Source: Candidatus Yanofskybacteria bacterium (lineage in GTDB: Bacteria > Patescibacteriota > Minisyncoccia > 2-02-FULL-40-12 > GWA2-44-9). From it: a stretch of DNA of 64,000 nucleotides. The stretch spans positions 6,919 through 70,918 of the forward strand of contig JADLBM010000016.1 in assembly GCA_020847715.1 (NCBI GenBank). Reading direction: 5' to 3'. Both the position numbers and the translations under genes were made by a program. The stretch's first letter is position 1. Each line of letters opens with the position of its first letter. The notes under the pieces are model-generated. The model ran no database searches, was not told where the DNA came from, and was given only the letters and a program-made list of their open reading frames with translations. Shown in pieces: positions 18,677 to 29,961 of this stretch.

Positions 18677-20413
18677 ATGGCACAGAACCTCGAACATATC
18701 CGCCACTCACTCGCCCACCTGTTGGCCGCAGCGGTACTCCGGCTCTTTCCAGATGCTCAGCGGACCATCGGTCCGGCAATCGATACTGGCTTTTACTACG
18801 ACTTCGAGTTCCCGACCGCTGTCACCGCCGACGACCTCCCCCGCATCGAGAAAGAGATGAAAAAGCTCCTCCCCTCGTGGACAGCATTCACGCACCGCGA
18901 GGTGACCCCCGCAGAAGCTCGCGAATTCTTCCGCGACAATCCCTACAAACTCGAGCTCATCGATGAAATCGAAGCAAAGGGAGAAAAACTCACCCTCTAT
19001 ACGAGTGGAGACTTTACCGACCTCTGCCGCGGCGGCCACGTCGAGAACCCCTCCTCCATCGATCCCGAATCGTTCAAGCTCGACAAACTCGCCGGCGCCT
19101 ACTGGCGCGGCGACGAAACCAAGCCAATGCTGACCCGCATCTACGGGTTCGCGTTCTCGACCCCAGAAGAGCTGTCCGCGCACCTAACAATGCTCGAAGA
19201 AGCGAAGAAGCGCGACCACAAGGTCCTCGGCCCGGCCCTCGATCTGTTCACCTTCTCCGACCTTGTCGGCCCCGGCCTTCCGCTGTGGACTCCGCGGGGC
19301 ACACTGGTTCGCAACCTTCTCGACGACTTCGTTTGGTCGCTACGCGCGAAGCACGGCTATCAGAAAGTGGAAATTCCCCACATCACCAAGAAAGCGCTCT
19401 ACGAGACCTCCGGTCATTGGGAGAAATACCAAAACGACCTCTTCCGCATCACAACGCGCGAAGGGCACGAGTTCGCGATGAAACCAATGAACTGTCCGCA
19501 CCACACCCAGATCTATGCGCGGCGTCAGCACAGCTACCGCGAGCTCCCTCAGCGCTACGCCAACACCACCACCTGCTATCGCGACGAGCAAACCGGCGAA
19601 CTCTCGGGCCTCTCTCGCGTCCGCGCGTTCGCACAGGACGACGCGCATGTGTTCTGCCGTATGTCGCAGGCAAAGGATGAGTTCCTCAAGGTGTGGGACA
19701 TCATCCACGAATTCTACCCCCCGTTCGGTTTTGCGCTCAAGGTGCGGCTCTCCCGCCACGACCCCGCGCATCCGGAGAAGTACCTCGGCGACCCTGCGCG
19801 ATGGCAAACCGCGGAAGGCATTCTCGAGGGCATCGTCAAAGAGAAAGGCGTCGAGTACATCGACGGCCTCGGGGAGGCGGCATTCTATGGACCAAAGCTC
19901 GACTTCCTTGCGCATGATTCCCTCGGACGCGAGTGGCAGGTTGCCACAATTCAGCTCGACATGAACATGCCGGAACGGTTCGATCTTACCTGTGTGAATG
20001 AAGAGGGAAAGAAAGAGCGCGTGGTCATGATCCATGCGGCTATCATGGGCTCCATTGAGCGATTCCTCTCTATCCTCATCGAGCACACCGCTGGCGCATT
20101 CCCGCTCTGGCTCTCCCCCACGCAGGTGCGCGTACTCCCCATCGCGGATCGCCACATTGAAAAGGCGCAGGAGATCGCGACGGCGCTTCGTGCCGCGGGA
20201 CTCCGCGTTGAGGTCGACGAATCCTCGGAGAGCGTCGGCAAGAAGATTCGCGCATCGGAAACCATGAAGACCCCGTATGCCGTCGTACTTGGCGACAAAG
20301 ACATCGAGGCGGGCGTAGTCTCGGTCCGTAAGCACGGAGGCGAAGACCTCGGCCAGCTGAAGCTCGACGACCTCATTGAGCGCCTCGCTACAGAAGTCAC
20401 CGCAAAAGCGTAA
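18677..20413 (+). CDS. thrS: Threonine--tRNA ligase lacking the N-terminal TGS domain (starts in the editing domain)
   Basis: MAQNLEHIRHSLAHLLA... aligns to E. coli ThrS around residue 70. Class II core and anticodon-binding domain follow. TATCGT sits 7 nt upstream of the ATG. Confidence 0.9.
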   Translation: MAQNLEHIRHSLAHLLAAAVLRLFPDAQRTIGPAIDTGFYYDFEFPTAVTADDLPRIEKEMKKLLPSWTAFTHREVTPAEAREFFRDNPYKLELIDEIEAKGEKLTLYTSGDFTDLCRGGHVENPSSIDPESFKLDKLAGAYWRGDETKPMLTRIYGFAFSTPEELSAHLTMLEEAKKRDHKVLGPALDLFTFSDLVGPGLPLWTPRGTLVRNLLDDFVWSLRAKHGYQKVEIPHITKKALYETSGHWEKYQNDLFRITTREGHEFAMKPMNCPHHTQIYARRQHSYRELPQRYANTTTCYRDEQTGELSGLSRVRAFAQDDAHVFCRMSQAKDEFLKVWDIIHEFYPPFGFALKVRLSRHDPAHPEKYLGDPARWQTAEGILEGIVKEKGVEYIDGLGEAAFYGPKLDFLAHDSLGREWQVATIQLDMNMPERFDLTCVNEEGKKERVVMIHAAIMGSIERFLSILIEHTAGAFPLWLSPTQVRVLPIADRHIEKAQEIATALRAAGLRVEVDESSESVGKKIRASETMKTPYAVVLGDKDIEAGVVSVRKHGGEDLGQLKLDDLIERLATEVTAKA

Positions 20414-20417
20414 AAAA

Positions 20418-20437
20418 GCCCCCTCACTCGAGGGGGC
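20418..20437. terminator. Hairpin between convergent thrS and the membrane protein gene
   Basis: GCCCCCTC-ACTC-GAGGGGGC. Confidence 0.6.
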
Positions 20438-20439
20438 TG

Positions 20440-20988
20440 TCAGTGGAATACCGTCCAGACCGACAGGATGCCTGCCATGAGGTACGCGGTCCGAACCGCA
20501 TTCCCTGCGACAAGGGCATAGAAGCCCTCCCGGAACTTCGTGACCCCGACCACGACAAGAAAGGGCGCTCGGGAACCCCACGCCGGGTATGCTCCGGCAC
20601 CGAGGAGAAATCCGCACCCTGCCCACTTGGTCATCGTAAGAAGGCGGCGCCCTTGGCGATGCGCCTGATCCCGCCGGACACGAAGCTCCTCAAAGATCCG
20701 GTCGATGTACCCTTCTTGGCGGATGAGGCTCGCAGCCTGCTTCGCGACCGCGACGAGACGCTGGATGCGGTCTGTGTCTGCGATGAGGTCGCAGAGCCAC
20801 CCCCAGAACCAGTATGTCCACGCCATCTTCCCAGTCGTTATGAGGATGACAAGGACGATCGCGGGCACAATGCCGATCCCCAGCCATGACCGCCATGTCT
20901 CCGCCGAGAGAATGAGCAGGTCGCCCTGAATCGGAATCGTCAGCACCGCAACACCGAGCGGCCAGAAATCCGCTACATGTCGGTGCAT
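20440..20988 (-). CDS. Integral membrane protein (YqaA/DedA-like?)
   Basis: 182 aa with multiple hydrophobic segments. Confidence 0.55.
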   Translation of the reverse strand: MHRHVADFWPLGVAVLTIPIQGDLLILSAETWRSWLGIGIVPAIVLVILITTGKMAWTYWFWGWLCDLIADTDRIQRLVAVAKQAASLIRQEGYIDRIFEELRVRRDQAHRQGRRLLTMTKWAGCGFLLGAGAYPAWGSRAPFLVVVGVTKFREGFYALVAGNAVRTAYLMAGILSVWTVFH

Positions 20989-21031
20989 CTTTCCTCCTTG
21001 CAGTAAAAGGAACGGTTCGGTATGTTATACC

Positions 21032-21937
21032 ATGCTTTCTATGAAAGACAACCGCCCCCTCCTTATTGTCATCGCAGGTCCAACCGCATCAGGCAAATCC
21101 GACCTTGCCATCCGACTCGCCAAAAAGCTCCGTGGCGAAATCATTTCTGCCGATTCCCGGCAGGTTTACCGTGGGATGGATATCGGAACGGGCAAAGTCA
21201 CCAAACGCGAGCAGAAACTTGTCCGCCATTGGCTCCTGGACGTTGCCTCCCCCACCCGCCAATACTCAGTGGCGCAGTTCAAGCGCGATGCAGAGAAGGC
21301 AATTCGCCACATCTCTAAACGCGGAAAACTTCCTATCATCTGCGGCGGAACAGGATTCTGGATTGATGCGCTCGTCTACGGCCAAACGCTCCCCGAGGTA
21401 AAACCCGATGCGAAGCTCCGCGCACAACTTCGAAAGTTGACCCCGGCTCAGATGTTCGCCAGACTCAACAAGCTTGACCCCGTTCGTGCTGCCGTTATCG
21501 ACCGCCGCAACCCTGTCCGTCTTATTCGCGCGCTCGAAATCGTCATGACGACAGGCATGCCCGTTCCGCCCGCACGTCGTTCTTCTCCGTATCGGGTGCT
21601 CTACCTCGGTGTATCGCGCCCGATGGACGAACTGCAGCGTCGCATCGAAAAGCGCCTCGATGCCCGCCTGAAAGCCGGCATGATTGCCGAGGTCCGCCGC
21701 CTACACGCCAATGGAGTCGGCTGGAAGCGTCTTGAATCCTTCGGCCTTGAATACCGCTGGGTCGCCCGCTTCCTGCAGGGCAACATAACGCGCCACGAAA
21801 TGCGCGACGCGCTGCTGAAAGACATCGTCGCATACGCCAAGCGCCAGCTCACCTGGTGGCGAAAAAATAAAGACATCTTTTGGGTCATCGACCTCCAAGA
21901 GGCCACAGGGCTCACCCTCCGATTTCTCCGAAGTTAA
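21032..21937 (+). CDS. miaA: tRNA dimethylallyltransferase
   Basis: P-loop GPTASGKS and MiaA motifs. Confidence 0.9.
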   Translation: MLSMKDNRPLLIVIAGPTASGKSDLAIRLAKKLRGEIISADSRQVYRGMDIGTGKVTKREQKLVRHWLLDVASPTRQYSVAQFKRDAEKAIRHISKRGKLPIICGGTGFWIDALVYGQTLPEVKPDAKLRAQLRKLTPAQMFARLNKLDPVRAAVIDRRNPVRLIRALEIVMTTGMPVPPARRSSPYRVLYLGVSRPMDELQRRIEKRLDARLKAGMIAEVRRLHANGVGWKRLESFGLEYRWVARFLQGNITRHEMRDALLKDIVAYAKRQLTWWRKNKDIFWVIDLQEATGLTLRFLRS

Positions 21938-21964
21938 ATCTCAATAGAAACAAAACGAGCCACG

Positions 21965-22092
21965 GATGTGGTTCGCTCTGTGGGACCCGGAAGCTATACA
22001 GTCCTATTACATACTGGCGGCTTTCCCTTACGAGTCACCTTCACTCTTCCGGATCCCATCCTAAGGGTAGACCCACCCCACAGAGGGTCAAT
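21965..22092. other. Long nested inverted-repeat structure (candidate structured RNA) in the convergent intergenic region
   Basis: CTCTGTGGG...CCCACAGAG outer 9-bp stem; GACCCGGAAG...CTTCCGGATC inner stem; further small hairpins. Confidence 0.3.
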
Positions 22093-22106
22093 ACGAGTTA
22101 TGCACC
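22085..22106. repeat. 22-bp direct repeat copy 1 (GGGTCAATACGAGTTATGCACC)
   Basis: Exact match to 22665-22686. Confidence 0.8.
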
Positions 22107-22160
22107 CGAGGTTGCATGGCATGCGAAACAAAAACGAGGACAGGGCCTCGTTGAGAATGC

Positions 22161-22556
22161 TTAGCTCCAAGAATCGAGCGCATCCTGTGCGGCTTGTTTC
22201 CGCCACTCGATAAGCTGCGGGAAGAAACGGCGCTCCAACTCGGATGTGAATGTTCGGATTTGCTCCGCCTCCCGGATTCTCTCGACCACACTTTGCAAAG
22301 CACCAGTATCGGAGGCCCGCAAAATACTCGGAGGATCAACCCTTGGCAGTAACTGGCGGTAGTACGCCATCAGCATCCGATGCGCACCCTGCACCTCTTG
22401 AGATGAATCGCCCAGTCTGCGAAGCTCGTCCCAATCGGGAAAGCGCTCAAGGATGGCATCAAAGACATTCTTTCGTAGCTCGCTAGAGCATCCGTCCGGC
22501 CAGTCCGACAAGGGAGCCGCCCATGAATCGGTCCAGCTAGGATACACCCTCCCCAT
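22161..22556 (-). CDS. Hypothetical protein (131 aa) flanked by the 22-bp direct repeats
   Basis: GAGGAGG RBS 5 nt before the ATG. Intrinsic terminator (AACGAGG...CCTCGTT + TTTGTTT) downstream. Confidence 0.5.
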   Translation of the reverse strand: MGRVYPSWTDSWAAPLSDWPDGCSSELRKNVFDAILERFPDWDELRRLGDSSQEVQGAHRMLMAYYRQLLPRVDPPSILRASDTGALQSVVERIREAEQIRTFTSELERRFFPQLIEWRKQAAQDALDSWS

Positions 22557-22664
22557 TTCGCCTCCTCACAATGTGCTGCGAAGATTATTGCACGAATTTC
22601 CTAGTAAAGAAACGGTTGCGTTCTCAAGGCAATCATACGATAGCACGCAAGTCGTCGAAAAGAG

Positions 22665-22686
22665 GGGTCAATACGAGTTATGCACC
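22665..22686. repeat. 22-bp direct repeat copy 2, abutting the stop codon of the MazG-like gene
   Basis: Exact match to 22085-22106. Confidence 0.8.
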
Positions 22687-22988
22687 TACGACTCGTCGAG
22701 AATGATGTGCTCCTTGAACGCCCCGCGTTCCACCGCTTTTGCCTCTCGCAACCGCTCGATATCTTCACGTGACACGCCAGCGGCGTCTCCCAGTGCATAG
22801 ACCACTTCCAGAATGTCCGCCAGCTCCTCGGGAGAACCGGACTCGAGGTATTCGTCGACCTCTTCCCGAAGCTTCATGCGGAGTTTCTCGCGATACTCCT
22901 CCTCAGTTGCAATATGAACGACCGGCTCAACTCCTTTTGAACGGATAATCTCGGGAATGCGGTCGCGTACCAGTTTCTCGTATTTCAT
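22686..22988 (-). CDS. MazG-like nucleoside triphosphate pyrophosphohydrolase (small all-alpha NTP-PPase)
   Basis: 100 aa with an EEVxE...E pattern typical of MazG/HisE-like NTP pyrophosphatases. Confidence 0.7.
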   Translation of the reverse strand: MKYEKLVRDRIPEIIRSKGVEPVVHIATEEEYREKLRMKLREEVDEYLESGSPEELADILEVVYALGDAAGVSREDIERLREAKAVERGAFKEHIILDES

Positions 22989-24458
22989 TTAGCGCAACTT
23001 TTCTCGTAGCATCTGCTCAGCCACCTGTGGGTGCGCCTTACCCTTTGAGAGCGCCATGACCTTGCCGACGAGCGCCTTCATCGCCGGTTCCTTGCCTGCC
23101 TTAAAATCAGCAACGACCTTCGCGCTCTGAGCGATCGCTTCTTCGACAAAAAGATTCATAGATGCGGCGTCAGTCACCTGGCCGAGGTCGTGTGCGGCGA
23201 TAATATCTTCGGGGTCTTCACCCGTTTCCCACATGGTCTGTAGGACGGTTTGCGCAGCGGTGCTTCCGATCTGGCCCGCCGCGACACGCACCACGAAGTC
23301 GGCAAACAGTGCGGGGGTAATTTTGGTGTCATGCGGGTTCGCCTGTGCCGCAAATAGCTTCGGCTGAAGCTGGGTGATGAGCCAATTCGCAGCAACCTTT
23401 GCAAGCTTCGTGTAGTCGGCCGCTTCACCGCTGATAGGATTATCCTCTGACTTCAATTCGGATACGACCTCCTCGAAATAGTCGCCCAACTCCTTGAACA
23501 CCGTCAGAATCTCGATATCTCCGGCTGGAAGCCCGTATTCGGTCGCGAACCGCTCGCGCCGAGCCGCCGGGAGCTCCGGAAGAGATGCGCGAAGTGCGTC
23601 GATCTCCGCTTCGGTCAGAACGATTGGCGGCAGATCGGGCTCGGGGAAATAGCGGTAGTCGGCGCTCCCCTCCTTCACGCGCTGACTGACGGTTTTCTGG
23701 TGCACATCATCCCAGCCGCGAGTCTCCTGCACGAGCTTTTCGCCAGCATCGAGCGCCGCGGACTGCCGCTCGATTTCGTATGCCGCGGCGCGAGTCGCCG
23801 CGGAGATGGAGTTGATATTTTTCACCTCCACTTTCGTGCCATACTCCTGTTGGCCGTTGGGCCGCACGGAAAGGTTCACCTCAACGCGCATCTGCCCTTT
23901 TTCCATGTCCGCATCGGATGCTTCGAGGTAGCGAAGGACCAGCTGAAGCTCAGTTGCAAAGGCACGAACATCCTCTGGATCATCGAGGTCAGGGTGAGTC
24001 ACGAGCTCCATCAGCGGGACGCCCGCGCGATTGTAGTCGGCGAGGGTTGCGTCGTCCGGTGCGTGCTGGAGCTTCCCCGCATCCTCTTCCAAGTGGATGC
24101 GCTCGATGCGCACCTTCTTCCGATGAGGCCCAACCTCGAGGACGCCGTTCCGACAGAACGGCACCTGGAATTGCGAGATCTGATATCCCTTGGGAAGGTC
24201 AGGGTAGAAGTAATTCTTCCGCTCGAAGAATGAGTGACGCTCGATACTGCATCCCAGCGCCAGCCCCGCACGCACCAGCTTCATCACCGCCTCACGATTG
24301 ATGACCGGAAGCGTGCCGGGATGACCCATGCACACAGGACACACATTTGTGTTCGGAGTTTTCTCGAGCGGGTCGTTTGCGCAATCGCAAAACATCTTCG
24401 TCGCCGTGTTCAGTTCTGCATGAACCTCGAGTCCGATTGTGGGGATGTATTCCGCCAT
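22989..24458 (-). CDS. gatB: Asp-tRNA(Asn)/Glu-tRNA(Gln) amidotransferase subunit B
   Basis: 489 aa GatB sequence. Confidence 0.95.
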   Translation of the reverse strand: MAEYIPTIGLEVHAELNTATKMFCDCANDPLEKTPNTNVCPVCMGHPGTLPVINREAVMKLVRAGLALGCSIERHSFFERKNYFYPDLPKGYQISQFQVPFCRNGVLEVGPHRKKVRIERIHLEEDAGKLQHAPDDATLADYNRAGVPLMELVTHPDLDDPEDVRAFATELQLVLRYLEASDADMEKGQMRVEVNLSVRPNGQQEYGTKVEVKNINSISAATRAAAYEIERQSAALDAGEKLVQETRGWDDVHQKTVSQRVKEGSADYRYFPEPDLPPIVLTEAEIDALRASLPELPAARRERFATEYGLPAGDIEILTVFKELGDYFEEVVSELKSEDNPISGEAADYTKLAKVAANWLITQLQPKLFAAQANPHDTKITPALFADFVVRVAAGQIGSTAAQTVLQTMWETGEDPEDIIAAHDLGQVTDAASMNLFVEEAIAQSAKVVADFKAGKEPAMKALVGKVMALSKGKAHPQVAEQMLREKLR

Positions 24459-24490
24459 ATGATAGCCAACTCTAACACGGTTTTCCGCGC

Positions 24491-24517
24491 AAAAAAAGAC
24501 CGACCTCGCGGTCGGTC
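24491..24517 (-). terminator. Intrinsic terminator downstream of tmk
   Basis: On the minus strand: GACCGACC-GCGA-GGTCGGTC followed by TTTTTTT. Confidence 0.7.
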
Positions 24518-24520
24518 GTA

Positions 24521-25204
24521 CTACTGAATAATCCCGTGCTCGGCCCTGATACGCACCCGAACCTGCTCGATCAGGCCGTCGCGCACCAGTCGGTTGTAGA
24601 TTCGATCAAGCACCTGAGCCCCCGACAGATTGTCGGTATCGATGGTGCACACCGACCACGGCGCAGTCGCTTGGTGCGCCAACAGGTCCGCGAACTGCTC
24701 GTATCCGCGGGAGACACGGTGATGGAACTCGTCCCCCGCCGATTCGATGCGGTCGGGCGATTTCTGTCGCATGCGCGCCTTCGCCACCCACGGCGACACA
24801 GTCAGCAGGAATGTGATGTCCGGAACCAGTCCGCAGGTTGCCAGATAGGCAGCCGGAAGCGCCAGCTGTATCGGCAGCCCACGCCCTGCGATCTGATACG
24901 CAAGCGTGGAGAGTGTCGAACGGTCGAGTACGACGATCTTCCCTTCGGCAAGCGCCGGAACGACACAGTGCCGCATCACCTGCGCCCGAGAGGCGAGGAA
25001 AAGGAACAGCTCGGCCTCCGAGCACAGCGGCTCCTTGGTGTTGAGCAGAATGTCGCGAAGCGGCTGCCCAAGCGATCCACTCCCCGGCTCGCGGAACGAT
25101 GCCACCGAAACATCCGGAGAAAACTCCTGCGAAAGCCGTTCGACCAGCTGTCGAGCGGCGGTCGACTTTCCAGAGCCTTCGGGCCCTTCCAACAGAATGA
25201 ACAC
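24521..25204 (-). CDS. tmk: Thymidylate kinase (GTG start)
   Basis: VFILLEGPEGSGKST P-loop. GAGGGAGG sits 5 nt upstream of GTG at 25204. The longer ATG ORF would overlap the rplK terminator. Confidence 0.8.
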   Translation of the reverse strand: MFILLEGPEGSGKSTAARQLVERLSQEFSPDVSVASFREPGSGSLGQPLRDILLNTKEPLCSEAELFLFLASRAQVMRHCVVPALAEGKIVVLDRSTLSTLAYQIAGRGLPIQLALPAAYLATCGLVPDITFLLTVSPWVAKARMRQKSPDRIESAGDEFHHRVSRGYEQFADLLAHQATAPWSVCTIDTDNLSGAQVLDRIYNRLVRDGLIEQVRVRIRAEHGIIQ

Positions 25205-25246
25205 GGAAACCTCCCTCAAAGAACTGGGAGCCAATCGTACCAAAGC

Positions 25247-25272
25247 AAAACCCGCCGGCAAGGGCGGGTTTT
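25247..25272 (-). terminator. Intrinsic terminator after rplK
   Basis: AAAACCCGCC-GGCAA-GGGCGGGTTTT, flanked by T/A runs on both sides. Confidence 0.75.
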
Positions 25273-25290
25273 GCACACAAGCATGCGGTG

Positions 25291-25713
25291 CTATTTGATC
25301 TCGATGCCCATGGAACGGGCGGTGCCGCCGATAATCTCCATTGCGGCTTCGACGTCATTGGCGTTCAGGTCGCCCATCTTCTGCTCAGAAATCTGTTTGA
25401 GCTGAGCTTTGGTCACGGTACCGACCTTCTTCTTGTTCGGCTCCCCGCTTCCCTTCTCCAGACCGGCTGCAACACGCAGGAGGTATGCCGCGGGCGGAGT
25501 CTTCAGCTTGAACTCGAATGTACGGTCTTCGTAGATGGTGATTTCCACCGGAGTCACCTGTCCGACCTTGTCCTTTGTGGCCTCATTGAACTGCAGTACG
25601 AACTGCTGAAGATTGATGCCGTGGGGTCCAAGCGCTGTGCCGACCGGAGGCGCAGGCGTTGCACGCCCTCCTTCGACCTGCAGTTTTACGATTGTCTTTA
25701 CTTTCTTTGCCAT
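25291..25713 (-). CDS. rplK: 50S ribosomal protein L11
   Basis: [25 protein letters not shown]... Confidence 0.95.
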   Translation of the reverse strand: MAKKVKTIVKLQVEGGRATPAPPVGTALGPHGINLQQFVLQFNEATKDKVGQVTPVEITIYEDRTFEFKLKTPPAAYLLRVAAGLEKGSGEPNKKKVGTVTKAQLKQISEQKMGDLNANDVEAAMEIIGGTARSMGIEIK

Positions 25714-25764
25714 ATCATGTGAATCGCCGCCGGGAGAAGCTGCCCGACCGCGGTCCGATTACAA

Positions 25765-26310
25765 TTACAGTTTCTTCATCTGCAAAAAGTCCAGCTCGAC
25801 AGGGGTCTCGCGACCAAAGATCGTAACCAGCACCTTGATACGCCCCTTTTCCATATCGACTTCCGACACCTTCCCATCGAAATCCTTGAACGGGCCGTCG
25901 CTAATCTTCACCCGATCGCCAACCTGAACATCCACCTTATACTTCGGCTCCTCGACGCCCATGCGGGCGAGCAGTCCATCCACCTCAGCGCGAGCGAGCG
26001 GCGTTGGCGTGGTGCCTGCGCCGATAAAACCGGTGACATTCGGCGTGTTGCGAACCACGTACCATGAGTCGTCCGAGACGATCATCTCCACCAGCACATA
26101 GCCGGGATAGATCTTCTCCTCGACGACCTCACGCTTCCCGCCCTTCACGCGGATCTTCTTCTCCTTCGGAACAAGCACGCTAAAAATCTTGTCCTCAAAA
26201 CCAAGCGACTCGATGCGCTGGCGAAGGTTGCGGGCAACATTGTCCTCGTAGCCTGAGTAGGTATGGATGGCATACCACTCACGCTGACCGGTGCTGACTT
26301 GCTTCGGCAT
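25765..26310 (-). CDS. nusG: Transcription termination/antitermination factor NusG
   Basis: NGN + KOW sequence. 181 aa. Confidence 0.95.
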   Translation of the reverse strand: MPKQVSTGQREWYAIHTYSGYEDNVARNLRQRIESLGFEDKIFSVLVPKEKKIRVKGGKREVVEEKIYPGYVLVEMIVSDDSWYVVRNTPNVTGFIGAGTTPTPLARAEVDGLLARMGVEEPKYKVDVQVGDRVKISDGPFKDFDGKVSEVDMEKGRIKVLVTIFGRETPVELDFLQMKKL

Positions 26311-26330
26311 AGTATGGAAAAATGAACGAT

Positions 26331-26513
26331 TTACCCGATCACCAGACTAAGGACCCAAGCGAGGAGCATGTCCAAACCGCCAAGGTAGATAGCGAAAAAC
26401 AAGCTAATTCCCAGCACGACGCCGGTATAGGCAAACAGCTGAGAGCGGGTCGGCCAGCTGACCTTCCCGAGCTCGACGCGCACTTCGCGCAAGAATGTAA
26501 GAATGCGTTCCAT
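26331..26513 (-). CDS. secE: Preprotein translocase subunit SecE
   Basis: 60 aa with a single TM helix. Canonical position before nusG. Confidence 0.8.
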   Translation of the reverse strand: MERILTFLREVRVELGKVSWPTRSQLFAYTGVVLGISLFFAIYLGGLDMLLAWVLSLVIG

Positions 26514-26559
26514 GATGTAAGTCCGAATCGCCTAAGCACTTCGTGCTGCGATTCTGCCT

Positions 26560-26589
26560 GATACCAATTGGCCTCTGCTAATTGGTATC
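26560..26589. promoter_or_regulatory. 10-bp perfect inverted repeat (GATACCAATT-N10-AATTGGTATC) between the gyrB stop and the secE start
   Basis: Read directly from the sequence. Could be an operator or a hairpin. Confidence 0.4.
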
Positions 26590-26647
26590 AAAACCGCCCG
26601 AAGGCGTGTCTGAATACTACCAGAACACGCGGAAACAGTCAACTTTG

Positions 26648-28780
<2,133 letters not shown>

Positions 28781-28867
28781 TCAGCAGATGAAATCAACCC
28801 CCAAAACACGTCATAAAGTGGCGTAAACACTGACTTAATTGGGGCTGTGTAACACTCAGCAGAACAT

Positions 28868-28896
28868 TTGACAATGCATCTATTAACTGGTATGAT
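28868..28896 (+). promoter_or_regulatory. Consensus-like promoter TTGACA-N17-TATGAT for the ORF at 28918
   Basis: TTGACA 28868-73, TATGAT 28891-96, SD AAGGAG 28904-09, ATG 28918. Confidence 0.6.
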
Positions 28897-28917
28897 TAAT
28901 ACCAAGGAGCGTTACAC

Positions 28918-29289
28918 ATGAGCGAACCGGAGTTCCTGTACGCGACCATCGCCATGCCTCACAACGGCGGGCACGGCGCATGGCCTGCAGTCATCCTGCT
29001 GACGCCGAATCCCGTCGCAGCGGTCTTGGCTGCGCGAGGGGTCGAGTCGTTGGGGTTCGAGCTCAACTGGCACGACCACATCGTGCGCGTCGACCGCCTC
29101 CCGGTCGGAATGCCGCTGAGCCGGGCAGTCTTCAAGGAGAACCCGAATCTGACCGTCTTCTCCCGGTATCAGACGCGGACGCACGTCGACCGCGAACTGG
29201 AAATCGTCGAGGACGTCACCGACGCCGACCTCGCCCACACACTCGGCGTCACCGTCTGTGACGGCATCCGGCACTCAGTACGGTTGTAG
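28918..29289 (+). CDS. Hypothetical protein (123 aa), divergent from gyrB
   Basis: Promoter, SD, ORF and terminator are all present. Confidence 0.55.
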   Translation: MSEPEFLYATIAMPHNGGHGAWPAVILLTPNPVAAVLAARGVESLGFELNWHDHIVRVDRLPVGMPLSRAVFKENPNLTVFSRYQTRTHVDRELEIVEDVTDADLAHTLGVTVCDGIRHSVRL

Positions 29290-29310
29290 CTACGGCGAGT
29301 GCAGTGCCAG

Positions 29311-29339
29311 AGCCGGGCCCGCGTGGGTCCGGCTTTTTC
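29311..29339 (+). terminator. Intrinsic terminator after the 123-aa ORF
   Basis: AGCCGGGCCC-GCGT-GGGTCCGGCT followed by TTTTT. Confidence 0.65.
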
Positions 29340-29364
29340 GTATGCACGAGCCGCCAAGTTTCTT

Positions 29365-29958
29365 CTACATGCGCTGCTTGAGCTCGTCTCGGAGCGCCTG
29401 CGCTGTCGCCAGAACCGCCTTGGGAAGGCGCTTGAACCTGGGGTCGATGAGTGCGAGTGAAAGGATACCGACCGCGTCTCTCGCCTTTCCAGTATCGGCG
29501 GCGCGGCGCGCCTCTTCCATTTTTGTAGCCAGGATGTCAGCTGGCCGCTCCTTGCGTTCCGGCGGGAGCGCCGCCTCAAGCACATCAATCGCATTGCCAA
29601 TAGCGTCTGCCACACCGACGACTCCCTCCTGTTGTGCATCCGCAAACTCGTCTCGCAACTTCTCAAGCGCAGCATCCACGAACGGCTTCCCTGTATAGCC
29701 CGCGTCCAGAAAAACGCGCGTCGCACGAATGATATCAACGGCCTTCTCGGGCGTGGCAATTCCACGCATATGCAAGCCCCGTTCGTGGTACCACTGCTCA
29801 AAGAGCTCCAGCCCCCGGAGCACTCGCTCGTCCTCGTCATCAAACGGATCCGAAACACCGTTCGCTCTCATCGCGCGCACAGCATCCAGGGCCCGCTCAT
29901 ACGATGCGGGTTCCTGCTCTCCTGATACTGCCGATGGTTGCGGAGGATGTTCGCTCAT
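29365..29958 (-). CDS. Hypothetical protein (197 aa) downstream of pheT
   Basis: ORF translationally coupled to pheT; the gap is 3 nt. Confidence 0.45.
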   Translation of the reverse strand: MSEHPPQPSAVSGEQEPASYERALDAVRAMRANGVSDPFDDEDERVLRGLELFEQWYHERGLHMRGIATPEKAVDIIRATRVFLDAGYTGKPFVDAALEKLRDEFADAQQEGVVGVADAIGNAIDVLEAALPPERKERPADILATKMEEARRAADTGKARDAVGILSLALIDPRFKRLPKAVLATAQALRDELKQRM

Positions 29959-29961
29959 ATG

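Noticed and set aside
21965-22092. SRP (4.5S) RNA identity for the structured intergenic region
   Set aside because: Sequence around the GGAA-like loop (GACCCGGAAGCUAU / GAUCCGGAAGAGUG) does not reproduce the conserved AGGUCCGGAAGGAAGCAGC domain IV motif. Left as an unassigned structured element.
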